Program-made: the position numbers and the translations under genes
Assembly (NCBI GenBank): GCA_965215335.1
Contig: CBDCDA010000001.1
Coordinates: 736,001 to 800,000, forward strand
Length of the DNA: 64,000 nt
Source of the DNA: an uncultured Candidatus Entotheonella sp.
GTDB taxonomy: Bacteria > Tectomicrobia > Entotheonellia > Entotheonellales > Entotheonellaceae
Reading direction: 5' to 3'
The notes under the pieces: generated by a model
What the model was told of the DNA's origin: nothing
What the model saw: only the letters and a program-made list of their open reading frames with translations
Database searches by the model: none
Part shown: positions 52,164-63,543 of the stretch, one piece after another
How positions within the stretch are numbered: the stretch's first letter is position 1
How the letters are laid out: each line of letters opens with the position of its first letter

Positions 52164-54710
52164 ATGGTCGCCAGCCAGGACCTTTTCAAAGTCGCCGCCG
52201 AACCCTTTGGCTGCGCTCAGGGTGACAATGGAAAGGCCCTGGTCGTCAGCGCAAGGTCTATCGCGCCGAGCCGATTAGGGTGTATCATCTCCGCTAATGG
52301 CTGTGTCGTGAGCAGAGAGGAGTGTCTTGTTAACCGAGTAATTTTCATCGCCGAGCATGCTGTCAATCGGCGCGTCGCCGTGTTCATCATCTTGGTGGCC
52401 GCGGCGCTCCTTGCGCTGAACCTGTACGCGCCGGCAAATCCGACGGTGTTGCAGCGTCTGGCGGCCTCGCTGCTCCTGTGTCTCTGTTCGCTGCCGATGC
52501 TGATGTGGGCCTCCGGACGGGACTGGGGCCCCTCCCTGACGCCCATTATCGGTGTCACGTATGGGCTGTACTTCGGCTCGCCGGTCTTTCTGCTGCAGGA
52601 TTTTTACGGGCACTGGTTTGGAAGCTCGCGGATAGATGATTCCCTCATCAACCTGGCACTGTTTTTGGCGTTGGCCGGCTGGGTCCTGCTGCTGACCGGG
52701 TATTTCGGGTCGCACCGTCGGTGGCTGGCCGGCAAACTTCCCCGGGTCGAGGTCATCCCAGCAGAGATGCAGCGCTACGCCGCGGTACTGGCCGTCATCA
52801 TCGGCATAACTGCCGCGCCTTTCTTTTACATCCACATCGGTAACCTGGTGGCATTCTACGCCGGCAGGGACTTGTTGCCGTCGGGCACCGACTTCCCGGT
52901 CGAACTGGCCGGCGAGTGCGTCGTTCTTTCCATCCTGATTCTGTTTTGCCTGCAATTGCGAGGGCAACTGGGACTGGCCGGCAAGTCGTTCATGTGGTTG
53001 CTGGTGGCCTACTACAAGGTGCTGGGGACGAGCAGTGGCCACATACTGCACGGAATGAACGCCCTCTTGGTCCTGTTCGTGGCCTGGGCCGTCACCGCGC
53101 CCGTGCCGAGTTGGAAGGGGATGGCTTACGGAGCCCTCACGGCGGCAATCCTGCTCTTCGTGCTGCTTCCGATACGGCACGAGTTTCGTACCTTGACCTG
53201 GACGCACGGGGTTGACGCGGGCCCCCAGCAGTCCCTGCGCACCTCCACCCACGTCTTGACCCTCCCAGGCGCTTCCGGCGCGGAAACCAGCGAGCCAGTC
53301 GTCGAAACACCGGGCTACGATATATTCTACGGAGGCGGCGTCCTGACCTACTATCACAAGGAACCTGGGGCGTGCAGCGTGGAGCCGGCCGACAGTGCCA
53401 GGCGGTACTTTTTCCTGCATGTATTTCCGGTCGACAGCGCCAGCCTGCCCAGCCACCGGGCGGGTTACGGCTTTGACAGCTTCGACTTCCCTCTCGACAA
53501 AGGCGGAGTGGTGGCCGACGGGCAGTGCGTTCACCGGGTCTCACTCCCGGCCTACGCCATGGACCGCATCCGGACCGGCCTGTTCACGCGGCTCATCCCG
53601 AATGCGAGTGGGCTTCGCCGTCGGGAGAGCATGGCCCGATGGCAAAGCGAGACGCTTGCCACCTTCGTAGGCGGGTCTTACCGAAAGATCAATTCGGACG
53701 GACAGTGGCTTCTCACCACCGTGGATGCCACTTCGTGGGAGATAGACACGGAGCGGAGAGGCGCAGCGAAGCGGCGGCTGCACATCTACGAAACGGACGA
53801 AGCAGATCTGGCCGCTCTCGCCGCGGTGCAGCCGGGCGACCTGATACGGGTGGAAGTGGACGCCGACAACTGGGCCGAGTATGCGGTGAACCACACCTTG
53901 CTTCATAACGAGTTCCGGGTGATCTACCGTCTGAGGGCATTGCTCGACTATGAGGGCGACCGCTCCGCTCTACGGGAGGGCGGGGCACCGGCAACCTTCT
54001 TCTATCCGGTCTGGGGCGAGAGCGTCACGCTGCCCGTCACTGCAGCTACGGAGACGCGCGATTCGCTTGGCAGGAACCCGAATGCGCCATCCGCTGATAC
54101 GTCCCAGCATGAGAAGACGGTGCTCTATGTTCAGACCTTGGCAAGCTATATCGCCTCAGGGGCATTCCTAGGCCACTTTCACAGTTCGCTCGACGCTATG
54201 TCAGTGCGCTTGGACATGCTGCTGCCCGTCGCCTGGGTCATCGACCAGACCCCGAGGAACAAGCCGTACCTGGGCGGTGAGACCTATTACCCCATACTGT
54301 TCAAACTCATCCCCCGGTTAATCTGGGAGGGCAAGCCCAAGGAAGTAAAAGACCTGGGCCAACGTTACGGGTTTCTGCCAGAGCTCAACGAGATCAACGC
54401 CTTCAAGATACATCACGTGGGGGAGATGTACGCCAACTTCGGCGCGCTGGGCGTTCTGCTGGGGATGCTCCTGCTGGGCGCCCTGTACCGGGCGACGTAC
54501 CAGCTTTTCTTCCACGCCGGCGCCTCGGTGGTAACCATGGCCGCGGGCGCCCATATCCTGACGGTTCTGGTCGTGAATATGGAGAGCAAGGTCTCGGACG
54601 CGCTGGGTTTTATCCTCTGGTACGCTGTCCTCTTGGCGTTGCTGGGCGCCGCCGTGCGAATCGCGCTTCGCGTAAAACGCAGTATATTGTCGCCAGACCT
54701 GTCACCCTGA
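52164..54710 (+). CDS. Wzy-like polysaccharide polymerase with a large extracytoplasmic insertion
   Basis: About 9 N-terminal TMs, ~300-aa soluble insert, then IPRLIWEGKP...GEMYANFG and C-terminal TMs; true start probably further downstream. Confidence 0.7.
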   Translation: MVASQDLFKVAAEPFGCAQGDNGKALVVSARSIAPSRLGCIISANGCVVSREECLVNRVIFIAEHAVNRRVAVFIILVAAALLALNLYAPANPTVLQRLAASLLLCLCSLPMLMWASGRDWGPSLTPIIGVTYGLYFGSPVFLLQDFYGHWFGSSRIDDSLINLALFLALAGWVLLLTGYFGSHRRWLAGKLPRVEVIPAEMQRYAAVLAVIIGITAAPFFYIHIGNLVAFYAGRDLLPSGTDFPVELAGECVVLSILILFCLQLRGQLGLAGKSFMWLLVAYYKVLGTSSGHILHGMNALLVLFVAWAVTAPVPSWKGMAYGALTAAILLFVLLPIRHEFRTLTWTHGVDAGPQQSLRTSTHVLTLPGASGAETSEPVVETPGYDIFYGGGVLTYYHKEPGACSVEPADSARRYFFLHVFPVDSASLPSHRAGYGFDSFDFPLDKGGVVADGQCVHRVSLPAYAMDRIRTGLFTRLIPNASGLRRRESMARWQSETLATFVGGSYRKINSDGQWLLTTVDATSWEIDTERRGAAKRRLHIYETDEADLAALAAVQPGDLIRVEVDADNWAEYAVNHTLLHNEFRVIYRLRALLDYEGDRSALREGGAPATFFYPVWGESVTLPVTAATETRDSLGRNPNAPSADTSQHEKTVLYVQTLASYIASGAFLGHFHSSLDAMSVRLDMLLPVAWVIDQTPRNKPYLGGETYYPILFKLIPRLIWEGKPKEVKDLGQRYGFLPELNEINAFKIHHVGEMYANFGALGVLLGMLLLGALYRATYQLFFHAGASVVTMAAGAHILTVLVVNMESKVSDALGFILWYAVLLALLGAAVRIALRVKRSILSPDLSP
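52203..52240. repeat. Half copy of a REP-like element
   Basis: CCCTTTGGCTGCGCTCAGGGTGACAATGGAAAG matches 54744-54775. Confidence 0.75.
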
Positions 54711-54767
54711 GCGCAGCGAAGAATCCCGGCTGCAGCGGGGAGACCCTTCGCTTCGCTCAGGGTGACA
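54700..54767. repeat. REP-like palindrome
   Basis: TGTCACCCTGAGCGCAGCGAAG...CTTCGCTTCGCTCAGGGTGACA. Confidence 0.85.
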
Positions 54768-54805
54768 ATGGAAAGACCTGGCAGGAAGCATGGGAAGCTC
54801 TGAGC

Positions 54806-55939
54806 ATGGCCACCCACGTAATGTTTATAATCAGCGGGCTGGAACGGGGTGGCGCCGAAAACCAGCTTGTCGGCCTTGCCAACGGACTCGCGGACCGGGG
54901 ATGGAGGGTAACCGTCCTTTCGTACCTGCCCTTCTCGGAGTGGTCGCTGCGCTCGGAACTGCGCGAGCCCGGGGTCCGGGCCGTTACCCTGAACGCGTCG
55001 AGGGGGGCGCTGAAGTACGCAAGCCTGCTCCGGGCAGCGTCGGCGGTCCGGCGAGCCAGGCCCGACCTGCTGGTCGGCTTCATGTTCCACGGCATGATGA
55101 CCTCGCGGCTTCTGGGGCGTCGCACGGGCGTGTCGTCGGCTCATAGCATATCGTTGGTTCAAAACGCCGAGCATAGGGCGACAAGGGAGCGTCTGCTGGG
55201 AATTACGGATGGACTGACGGACGCGGTGACTGTACTGTCACAGGGCATAGCGGACGAACTCTGTCGCCGGGGGGTCACGAAGCCGTCCCATACGCATATC
55301 ATACCCAACTCCATAGACATCGCCCGGTTCGAGACGGTTCGGAACCGGGAGCGTACGCGAAGAGACTTGGGCGTCTCCGAAGATCGGTTTCTATGGCTGG
55401 CGGCGGGCAGGCTCGACGTTCAGAAGGACTACCCGAACATGCTGAGTGCCTTCGCGGAGGTGTCCCGGCGGCGCCCGGAGGCATCCCTGGTTATCGCCGG
55501 AGCGGGGCCGCTGGAGAGCGAGATTCGTTCGATGATTAGGCGGCTGGGGCTGTCCGAACGTGTTCGGATGCTCGGGCTGCGTCGGGATATGCCGGAGTTG
55601 TTCGCGGCCAGCGACGCGCTGGTGTTGTCTTCGGCATGGGAAGGCATGCCCGTCGTGGTATTGGAGGCGATGGCATCACGCCGGCCTGTGGCGGCGACTT
55701 CGGTTGGCGCCGTTTCGGATATGGTCGCCGCTGGAGATATGGGCATCGTCGCACCGCCTGGGAACCATGCGGTGCTGGCCGATGGAATGGTCGGGCTGAT
55801 GGAGTTGCCGGCCGAAGCGAGGGCCGCCATGGTCGAACGAGCATACCGGCGCGTTTGCTCTGAGTTCTCATATGAAGCAGCTCTGGACCGGTGGGGAACC
55901 CTGTTCAATCAACTACTGGAAAGCAAAGAAAGAAAATGA
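54806..55939 (+). CDS. Glycosyltransferase family 4
   Basis: GGAENQL, AGRLDVQKD and EGMPVVVLEAMA motifs. Confidence 0.92.
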   Translation: MATHVMFIISGLERGGAENQLVGLANGLADRGWRVTVLSYLPFSEWSLRSELREPGVRAVTLNASRGALKYASLLRAASAVRRARPDLLVGFMFHGMMTSRLLGRRTGVSSAHSISLVQNAEHRATRERLLGITDGLTDAVTVLSQGIADELCRRGVTKPSHTHIIPNSIDIARFETVRNRERTRRDLGVSEDRFLWLAAGRLDVQKDYPNMLSAFAEVSRRRPEASLVIAGAGPLESEIRSMIRRLGLSERVRMLGLRRDMPELFAASDALVLSSAWEGMPVVVLEAMASRRPVAATSVGAVSDMVAAGDMGIVAPPGNHAVLADGMVGLMELPAEARAAMVERAYRRVCSEFSYEAALDRWGTLFNQLLESKERK

Positions 55940-58186
55940 GCGACTTTCCCAGGTCGGTTGCCATAACCGCCAATTCAGATGTCAACATATACCGGTTTCG
56001 CGCGCCGATCATACACAAGCTCGTGGAGATGGGCGTCATTGTGTACGCCATTGCACCGCCCGGGCGGTTCGTGGCGGACCTGGAGAGGATGGGTGCGGTG
56101 TTCATCCCCTGGAGTCTTGATCGTCGCAGCATAAATCCATTGCTCGTTGTCTGGCATATAATCCTCCTGGTGAGAATCTACTGGCGACTCAAGCCGGACC
56201 TGGCCCATCACTTCACCATCAAGCCGAACCTGTACGGCGCGATTGCGGCCCGATTGACCGGCGTCCCGGTGGTCCTCAGCGGAGTCACTGGCTTGGGCGT
56301 TATGTTTTCGGCGACTACCCATTGGCGGCGCGTCTTGCGTTCATGCACGATACTGCTGTATCGCATATCCGCAAAGCTGAGCGACTTGACGACTTTCCAG
56401 TCACAGCACGACCGCGACGTCCTGATAGGGGCGAGTCCGTTGAAAGAGAAGGGGCGGATTATCAAGGGGGGTTCCGGAATCGATCTCGTGGCTTTCAGTC
56501 CCGATGTGGTATCCATCCGTCATCGGGAGAAGATCAGGGCGGAATTAGGGATAGAGCAGGGTATGCTGGTGGTCTGCATGGCCTCGCGTCTGCTGTACGA
56601 CAAGGGTGTAGCCCAGTACATGGAAGCGGCGCGCCGGACATGGAGCAAGAGATCGGACATCTGCTTCATCCTCGCCGGTGAGCCTGACCCGGGCAATTCC
56701 AGATCGGTGACCGACAAAGACCTGGAGAACTGGGCCAGCGAGGGTTTCGTCAAGCAGGTCGGTTACCGTAACGACATCAAGGCCATATTTGCCGTGTCCG
56801 ACATAGTTGTCCACCCAACCTGCTACATGGAAGGTATACCGAGGGTTCTCATCGAAGCGGCCGCCATGGGAAAGCCGGTCGTCACTACGATGGCACCGGG
56901 CGTTGCAGAGGTAGTGGAGCACGGCGTAAACGGAGTTTGCATCCCCCCAGGTGACGAAATGGCGTTAGCCGCGGCAATCGAAAGTCTGCTGGCGGACGCC
57001 GACGTTCGCCGCCGGTACGGCACCGCCGGACGCAGAAAGGCCGAAGCCGGGTACGACGCCCGGAGTGTTGCGGACAGGCACCTTGCCGAGTACCGCCGGG
57101 TGTGGATGGATGCCGCCCCCCTCCGCAGGCGGGTGAACGCAAAGAAGTGCGCGTTCGCGCCGAGTTTGTCCGGCTCAGGGCCAAACCAATCCGGCGCGTC
57201 CGTATCGGTAATCATACCGGCGCGCAACGCGGAAGCCACGATCTCTGCCACGCTGGATTCGGTTTTGTCACAAGAGTACACGGGGCCGTTCGAGGTTATC
57301 GTGGCCGACGGCTCGGATTTTCCGGCGATGGCCGAGATGATCCGGGCGTCGTACCCGGACGTTCGCATAGTCCCCAACCCGGACAAGAGCATACCCAGCG
57401 GACTCAACCGCGCTATCAGCGAGTCGTCCGGCGAAGTCATCGTCCGCTGCGACGCTCACGCCGTGTTCCCGCCCGGATACGTCCGGCGCGCCGTCGGGGT
57501 GCTGAAGCGAACCGGCGCGGCCAACGTGGGCGGGCGGCAGCAGGCCAGAGGAATGACCTTCTTCGGCAGAGCGGTGGCGCTGGCGATGAACTCACCGCTC
57601 GGCTCGGGAGGATCTGTCTACCGTTCGAGGAGATCGACGGGGCCGGCCGACACGGTCTACCTCGGCACATGGCACCGCGACACCCTGGAAGCCCTCGGCG
57701 GATTCGATACCCGTATGATACGGAACGAAGACTACGATATCAACTGGCGGCTGCGACAGCGAGGCGGAATTGTCTGGTTCGATCCGGAGCTAGTCACCGC
57801 CTACCGCCCTCGCGAGGATATAGCGTCACTGGCACGCCAGTACTTCAATTTTGGCCGCTGGAAGTCAACGATGATAATTTTGCATCCGACGTCACTGAAG
57901 CTTCGGCACCTGGCCGCCCCCTTGCTGACGCTCGGCCTGGCGGCGTCGCTGACGCTCGGCCTGGCGGCGTCGCTGACGCTCGGCCTGGCGGCGTCGCTGA
58001 CGCTCGGCCTGGCGGCGTCGCTGACGCTCGGCCTGGCGGCGTCGCTGACGCTCGGCTACCTTGCCGTCCTTCTGCTGGGGTCGGTGGCCCTCGGGCTACG
58101 GCACATGGAGCCGGCCGCCGTCATACTCCCGGTAGTGCTGATGACGATGCACCTCAGCTGGGGAGTCGGCTTCTTTCTCCCGGCTA
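55936..58186 (+). CDS. GT4-GT2 (ExoA-like) fusion glycosyltransferase, 3' end hit by IS5 (ORF continues to 58239)
   Basis: FTIKPN, SRLLYDKG and EGIPRVLIEA, then VIIPARN, RCDAH and NEDYDINWR, plus TM tail. Confidence 0.85.
57924..58056 (+). repeat. 24-bp perfect tandem repeat, 5.5 copies (LTLGLAAS)
   Basis: GCTGACGCTCGGCCTGGCGGCGTC units. Confidence 0.97.
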
Positions 58187-59023
58187 GGCTCAGGACCTAT
58201 AAAGGGTTATCATTGAACATATCGGATTCAAGACCCTGACTCCATGGGGAGGTTCATCATGCCCGATCATCACTTCTGGCTCTCCGATGCGCAGTTTGCC
58301 CGACTCCAACCCCTGCTACCCAACAAGGTGCGCGGCGTCCCGCGCGTCGATGACCGAAAGGTCATCAGCGGCATCATCCACGTCATTCGATACGGTCTGA
58401 TGTGGCGCCACGCGCCCGCCTGCTACGGTCCCCACAAGACGCTCTACAACCGCTTCGTGCGCTGGAGCAAGGCCGGTGTCTTCGACCGCATCTTCCAAAC
58501 CCTGGCCGCCGACAGCACGGCCACCGAGACCGTCATGATCGACAGCACGCATCTCAAGGCGCATCGCACCGCTGCCAGCCTGCTCGAGGGGGGGCTTTTC
58601 CGCGCCATGTCGGGCGTACCCGCGGCGGCCTCAACTCGAAACTTCACGCCGTCTGCGACGGCAAGCCCGTCGTCATGGTGTTGACTGCGGGCCGGGTCAG
58701 CGACTATCGCGGGGCGGACATGGCGCCGCCCGCATTGCCGGAGGCCGACGTGCTGATTGCCGACAAGGGTTATGACAGCAACCGGCTGCGCAAGGCGCTT
58801 GCCGAGCGCAAGATCAAGCCCTGTATTCCAGGCCGTGCCAATCGTAAAGAGCCGATTGTCTACGACACGGAGCTTTACAAGAGCCGTAATCTCATCGAGC
58901 GCCTGTTCGGTCGCCTCAAGGATTGGCGCCGTATCGCCACACGCCATGATCGCTGTGCGCACACTTTCTACAGCGCCATCTGTATTGCTGCCACGGTCAT
59001 CTTCTGGTTATGAGTCCTGAACC
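58187..59023 (+). mobile_element. IS5-family element (IS427-like), copy B
   Basis: Near identical to copy A in opposite orientation; CTAG at both ends; 6-bp deletion and several substitutions. Confidence 0.93.
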
Positions 59024-59029
59024 TAGAAA

Positions 59030-61650
59030 GAGCCTTTCGAGAAATCGGCCTCGTTTAGCGTCAACGATTCAAGGGCATCTCTAATAATACGCATCTCTGA
59101 CTTGGTTTAGAATCACTGAAACGCGTTTACCAAGTTCCCAAAGGCCGGAGGATTGCACATGGCTCAGATGGGCTTTTTCGACGTCGAGAATCGCTATGCC
59201 GCTCTGGACGCCAAGAATGACCCCTTGGTGAAGATCAATGCCCTCGTTCCCTGGGAAACATTCCGCAGCCGCCTGGAGCAGTCTGGCGCAAGCCACCCGA
59301 CAAGCGCAAGTCCAATGCCGGATGCAAGCCCTGGGACGCTATCGTCATGTTCAAAGCCATCGTGTTGTGCGCCCTCTACAACCTGTCGGATGACCAAGTG
59401 GAATACCAGATGCGCGACCGCCTCTCCTTTGTGCGTTTCCTGGGTTTGCGCCTTGAAGACAAGGTGCCCGACGCCAGGACCGTGTGGCTCTGTCGCGAGC
59501 AGTTGTCACAGGCCGGTGTGATCGAAGCTTTGTTCAACGACTTCGACGGCTATCTCAACACCCAGGGCTATCAGGCAAGGGGCGGCCAGATCATGGATGC
59601 TTCAATTGTGGCGGTCCCCATCCAACGCAACCGTCGTGACGACAACGCCCAGATCAAGCAGGGCAGGACGCCCACGGCCTGGGCGGACAAGCCGGCCCGG
59701 CGTCGGCAGAAAGACACGGATGCGCGCTGGACGAAAAAGCACGGCAACAGTCACTACGGTTACAAGAACCACATTAGGAATTTGATCCAATTTAGGTTTC
59801 CAACTTCATCGTGGGTGTAACTCATAGTTCCAGTCGCCGTGGAACGCGTTGCGATGGAGCGACAGGGCGTCCATCTCGGCGTTCGTCGTCACCACTGCGG
59901 TCGGGTATGTTCTTGCGTCAAGTTCGGCTCTGACCCGAAGACCTGCGTTGGTACGCGTATTGCCGATCAAATCGACTATGGTCTCAAAGGTCCGCAACGG
60001 CCTGCCTCGCCAATTCTGCGTGATGTGGCAGAACAGACGATGCTCGATCTTGTTCCATTTGCTGGTACCGGGCGGGAAGTGGCTGACGTGGATGCGCACA
60101 CCCGTCTCGTCGGCAAACTGTTGCAGTCCGTGCTTCCAGGCGCGACAGCGATACCCGTTGCTACCGCCCGCATCGGCAGTGATGAATAGCTCACGAGCCT
60201 CGGAGTAGCGACGCTTGCCCATCTCGTCCCACCACCGCCGCAGCGAGGCCACCGCGAACGCCGGCGTGTCGTGGTCACACCCAACACTGACCCATGCTTC
60301 GTTGCCTCCCATATCATAGATGCCATAGGGAATGGCCTTGCCCGTCGCGTCCTGAGGAAAGTCGTGAACCCGTGATTGCTCGGGCTGCCCCTTCGGTTGC
60401 CACTCCCGGCCAGCGTTCTTGAAATCACCCACCAACTCCTTCTTCTTGGTGTCGACCGATACCACCGGCTGACCGCGTTGCAAAAACTCATCTGCCTTTG
60501 AATTGATATGTTCGAACTGTGCGTTGCGATCGGGGTGCGACGCCCCTTCTCGACTCTTGCGCACCGATTGCAGGCGATAGCCGAGCTCATGCAGTAAACG
60601 GCCCACCGTCGTCGAACTGACCTTCCAGCCAGCCTTCGACAGCGCCACGGTGAGCTTCGCTTTGCTCTTGCACGTCCACCTCAACGGCGACTGCGGGTCG
60701 CCGCGAGTCAACGGATCAACCAACTGCTCCAGCGCTTGCTTGATGCCCGGCTGAGACTGCTCGATGCCCGGTCGTCCAGCGCCCGGTCGGCGCACCCGGC
60801 CAAACTCAGTGCCACCACCTGCCAGCTCTCGGCGTCCCGCCCGAATGGTCGGGCGCGACAATCCTGTCGCATCCGACACCAGGGCATCTCCTCCATAGCC
60901 GATGGCACGCGACTCCGTGGCTGCCCAGATACGACGCCCACGCTCATCAAGAAACGCTTCGATCGCCGCGTACTTCTCAACAATGGTGGCTTCGAGTTCG
61001 TGATCGCGCCTCATTGAAACACAAAACTCAAAACATGAAAAACTAATTTGCGACAAATTCCTTAACATCGACCGCACGTACAAACTGGTACGGCGTTACC
61101 GGGTGACGGACGCCTCGGTCCACGACAGTCAGGTGATGGATGAGTTGCTGACTTCGGACAACATGGCAAGCGGTGTGTGGGCGGACAGCGCTTATCGGTC
61201 GAAAGCGATAGAGGCGAAGGTGAAGGCCAAGGGGCTGACAAGTCGGATTCATCGCAAGGGCCATCGTAACCGTCCATTGCGGGATTGGGAGAAGGCCGGC
61301 AACAGGAGTCGTTCACGGTTTCGGGCACGGGTGGAACACGTCTTCGGCGCGCAGCACAATGACATGGGCGGGACGTTGGTTCGCAGCATCGGGCTTGTCC
61401 GGGCGAGGGCGCGGACAGGTCTCAAGAACCTGGCCTACAACATGCGACGGCTGGTTGGGTTGCAATGTCTTGGGACGGTGGGTTGAGGGCAAGTGGTGCG
61501 ACAAGGTGTAGCGGGCGCCCTCTTTGAGAGGTGAATCCTGATTGTCGGGAGGCGATACCCTGGAAAGCTGAGTTGATTTTCCTATCGAAACGGTGCGAAT
61601 GACCCATCCTGTCATCTTGGACCGCCCAAGAGGTATTTTTCGAGGTGCCC
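59030..61650 (+). mobile_element. Second IS5-family element (IS5 subgroup), frameshifted and split by ISAzo13
   Basis: Transposase MAQMGFFD (59159)...DTDARWTKKHGNSHYGYKNHI / NIDR...VHDSQ...WADSAY...RARVEHVFG; imperfect IRs GAGCCTTTCGAGAAAT / ATTTTTCGAGGTGCCC. Confidence 0.85.
59777..61061 (-). mobile_element. Complete ISAzo13-family IS
   Basis: IRs GGAATTTG / CAAATTCC; 3-bp TTA target duplication; transposase with SVDTKKKE, ADAGGSNG and SKWNKIEHRLF (stop at 59806). Confidence 0.95.
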
Positions 61651-61675
61651 TAAAGGTTGATCCATACCATCTAAT

Positions 61676-61709
61676 CCCGGGCCCATACAGGCCCGGGGCC
61701 TGCTTTTTT
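61676..61709 (+). terminator. Putative intrinsic terminator
   Basis: CCCGGGCC...GGCCCGGG or CAGGCC-CGG-GGCCTG hairpin followed by T6. Confidence 0.6.
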
Positions 61710-61727
61710 GTGGAGCTTTGCAAGCTG

Positions 61728-61756
61728 TTGACACGGTTTTGAGCCGCAGTTAGTAT
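61728..61756 (+). promoter_or_regulatory. Sigma70-type promoter of pqqB
   Basis: TTGACA-N17-TAGTAT. Confidence 0.75.
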
Positions 61757-61826
61757 GAGGCCCGTTGTCAGCCAGCACTGTTACGGTATGCACCTTGCCT
61801 GAAACTTCCTGGCCTGTGGAGAGACG

Positions 61827-62741
61827 ATGCGGATACACGTTCTCGGATCAGCCGCCGGCGGCGGCTTCCCGCAGTGGAATTGCAACTGCTCGAACTGCAG
61901 CCGGCTGCGCCAGGGGCAGATCACCGCCACGGCCCGCACCCAGTCCTCCATCGCCGTCAGCAGCGATGGCGTCAATTGGGTGCTCTTCAACGCCTCCCCC
62001 GACATTCGCACCCAGCTGGAAGCCTTTCCGCCCATGCAGCCGGCCCGGTCGCTACGCGACACGGGCATCGTCGGCATCGTCCTCATCGATAGCCAGATCG
62101 ACCATACAACGGGCCTGCTGGTGTTGCGTGAAGGCCAACCCCTCGACATTTACTGCACCGACATGGTGCAGCAGGACCTCAGTACCGGGCACCCTCTTTT
62201 CAACGTGTTGGACCATTACTGTGGCGTCAATTGGCATCCGGTGCCGCTGGCAGCCGGTTCTCGCTTCACCATCGACGGCGTCGATGACCTGCGCTTCACC
62301 GCGGTGCCGCTGAGCAGCAAGGCGCCGCCCTATTCCCCGCACCGCCACGACCCGCACCTTGGCGACACCATCAGCGTGCGCGTGGAAGACCTGCGCAGCG
62401 GCAAGAACCTGTACTACGCGCCGGGCCTGGGCAACATCGAGCCGCATATCTTGCCCTACATGAAGGAAGCGGATTGCCTGATGGTCGACGGGACATTCTG
62501 GCGCGACGACGAGATGGTGATCGCTGGCCTGGGCAAGAAACTCGCCAGTGACATGGGACACCTGCCGCAGTCGGGCGACGACGGCATGTTGAGCGTCCTC
62601 GACGCGTTGCGGCGTCCGCGCAAAATCCTGATCCACATCAACAACTCGAATCCGATACTCGATGAGGACTCCCCGGAACGCGCCATTGTTGACAAGGCGG
62701 GTGTCGAAGTGGCCTGCGACGGGATGGACATTGTCTTGTAA
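61827..62741 (+). CDS. pqqB: PQQ biosynthesis protein B
   Basis: [29 protein letters not shown] and HINNSNP motifs. Confidence 0.97.
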   Translation: MRIHVLGSAAGGGFPQWNCNCSNCSRLRQGQITATARTQSSIAVSSDGVNWVLFNASPDIRTQLEAFPPMQPARSLRDTGIVGIVLIDSQIDHTTGLLVLREGQPLDIYCTDMVQQDLSTGHPLFNVLDHYCGVNWHPVPLAAGSRFTIDGVDDLRFTAVPLSSKAPPYSPHRHDPHLGDTISVRVEDLRSGKNLYYAPGLGNIEPHILPYMKEADCLMVDGTFWRDDEMVIAGLGKKLASDMGHLPQSGDDGMLSVLDALRRPRKILIHINNSNPILDEDSPERAIVDKAGVEVACDGMDIVL

Positions 62742-62770
62742 CGCGCCATGCAGTTCAAGGAGTCTCCGGC

Positions 62771-63517
62771 ATGTCTGCTTCCGAACTGGCCCCCTGGAGT
62801 CGTGCGGAATTTCACGAGAAACTGAAGGAGAAAGGAACCTCGTACCATATCTATCATCCCTTCCAGGTCATGATGACCGAGGGCAGGCTGACGCGTTCGC
62901 AAATGCAGGGCTGGGTGGCCAACCGGTTTTATTATCAGAAGAATATTCCGTTGAAAGACGCCGCGGTCATGGCCAATTGCCCGGACCGCGAAGTGCGGCG
63001 CGAGTGGATCCTGCGCATGCTCGATCAGGATGGCACGGAAGACGACGAGGGCGGCATCGAAGCCTGGTTGCGGCTGGGTGTCGCCTGTGGCTTGACGCGC
63101 GAGGAAGTCCTCAGTGAGGAGCACGTCCTGCCCGGCGTGCGCTTCGCGGTTGACGCCTACCGCAACTTTGCCCGTTCACGGCCTTGGCAGGAAGCGGTGT
63201 GCTCGTCGCTCACGGAGCTTTTCGCGCCGGACGCGCACGCCTCGCGTATCGAGTCGTTCCCCAGGCATTACCCGTGGATCGGTCCGGAAGGGCTGGACTA
63301 TTTCCGCATGCGCCTGAGCGAGGCGCGCCGCGACGTGCAGCACGGACTCCGCGTCACCCTGGATTATTTCAGGACCCGCACGCAGCAGCAGCGCGCCCTG
63401 GATATCCTGGAATTCAAGCTCGACGTGTTGTGGACGATGCTGGACGCCATGTACATGGCCTACATTTCTCAGGAAACCCTGCCGCCGCACAAGAAATACG
63501 CGCTGGTCGAACGCTGA
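62771..63517 (+). CDS. pqqC: PQQ synthase
   Basis: [23 protein letters not shown] and SSLTELFAP motifs. Confidence 0.97.
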   Translation: MSASELAPWSRAEFHEKLKEKGTSYHIYHPFQVMMTEGRLTRSQMQGWVANRFYYQKNIPLKDAAVMANCPDREVRREWILRMLDQDGTEDDEGGIEAWLRLGVACGLTREEVLSEEHVLPGVRFAVDAYRNFARSRPWQEAVCSSLTELFAPDAHASRIESFPRHYPWIGPEGLDYFRMRLSEARRDVQHGLRVTLDYFRTRTQQQRALDILEFKLDVLWTMLDAMYMAYISQETLPPHKKYALVER

Positions 63518-63543
63518 GGCATGGCTGGACAAAGGAGGCCGGA

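Noticed and set aside
32421..59023. Composite transposon or inversion bounded by the two inverted IS5 copies
   Set aside because: The flanks of copy A rejoin perfectly into one AKR gene and each copy has its own CTAG site, so these are independent insertions.
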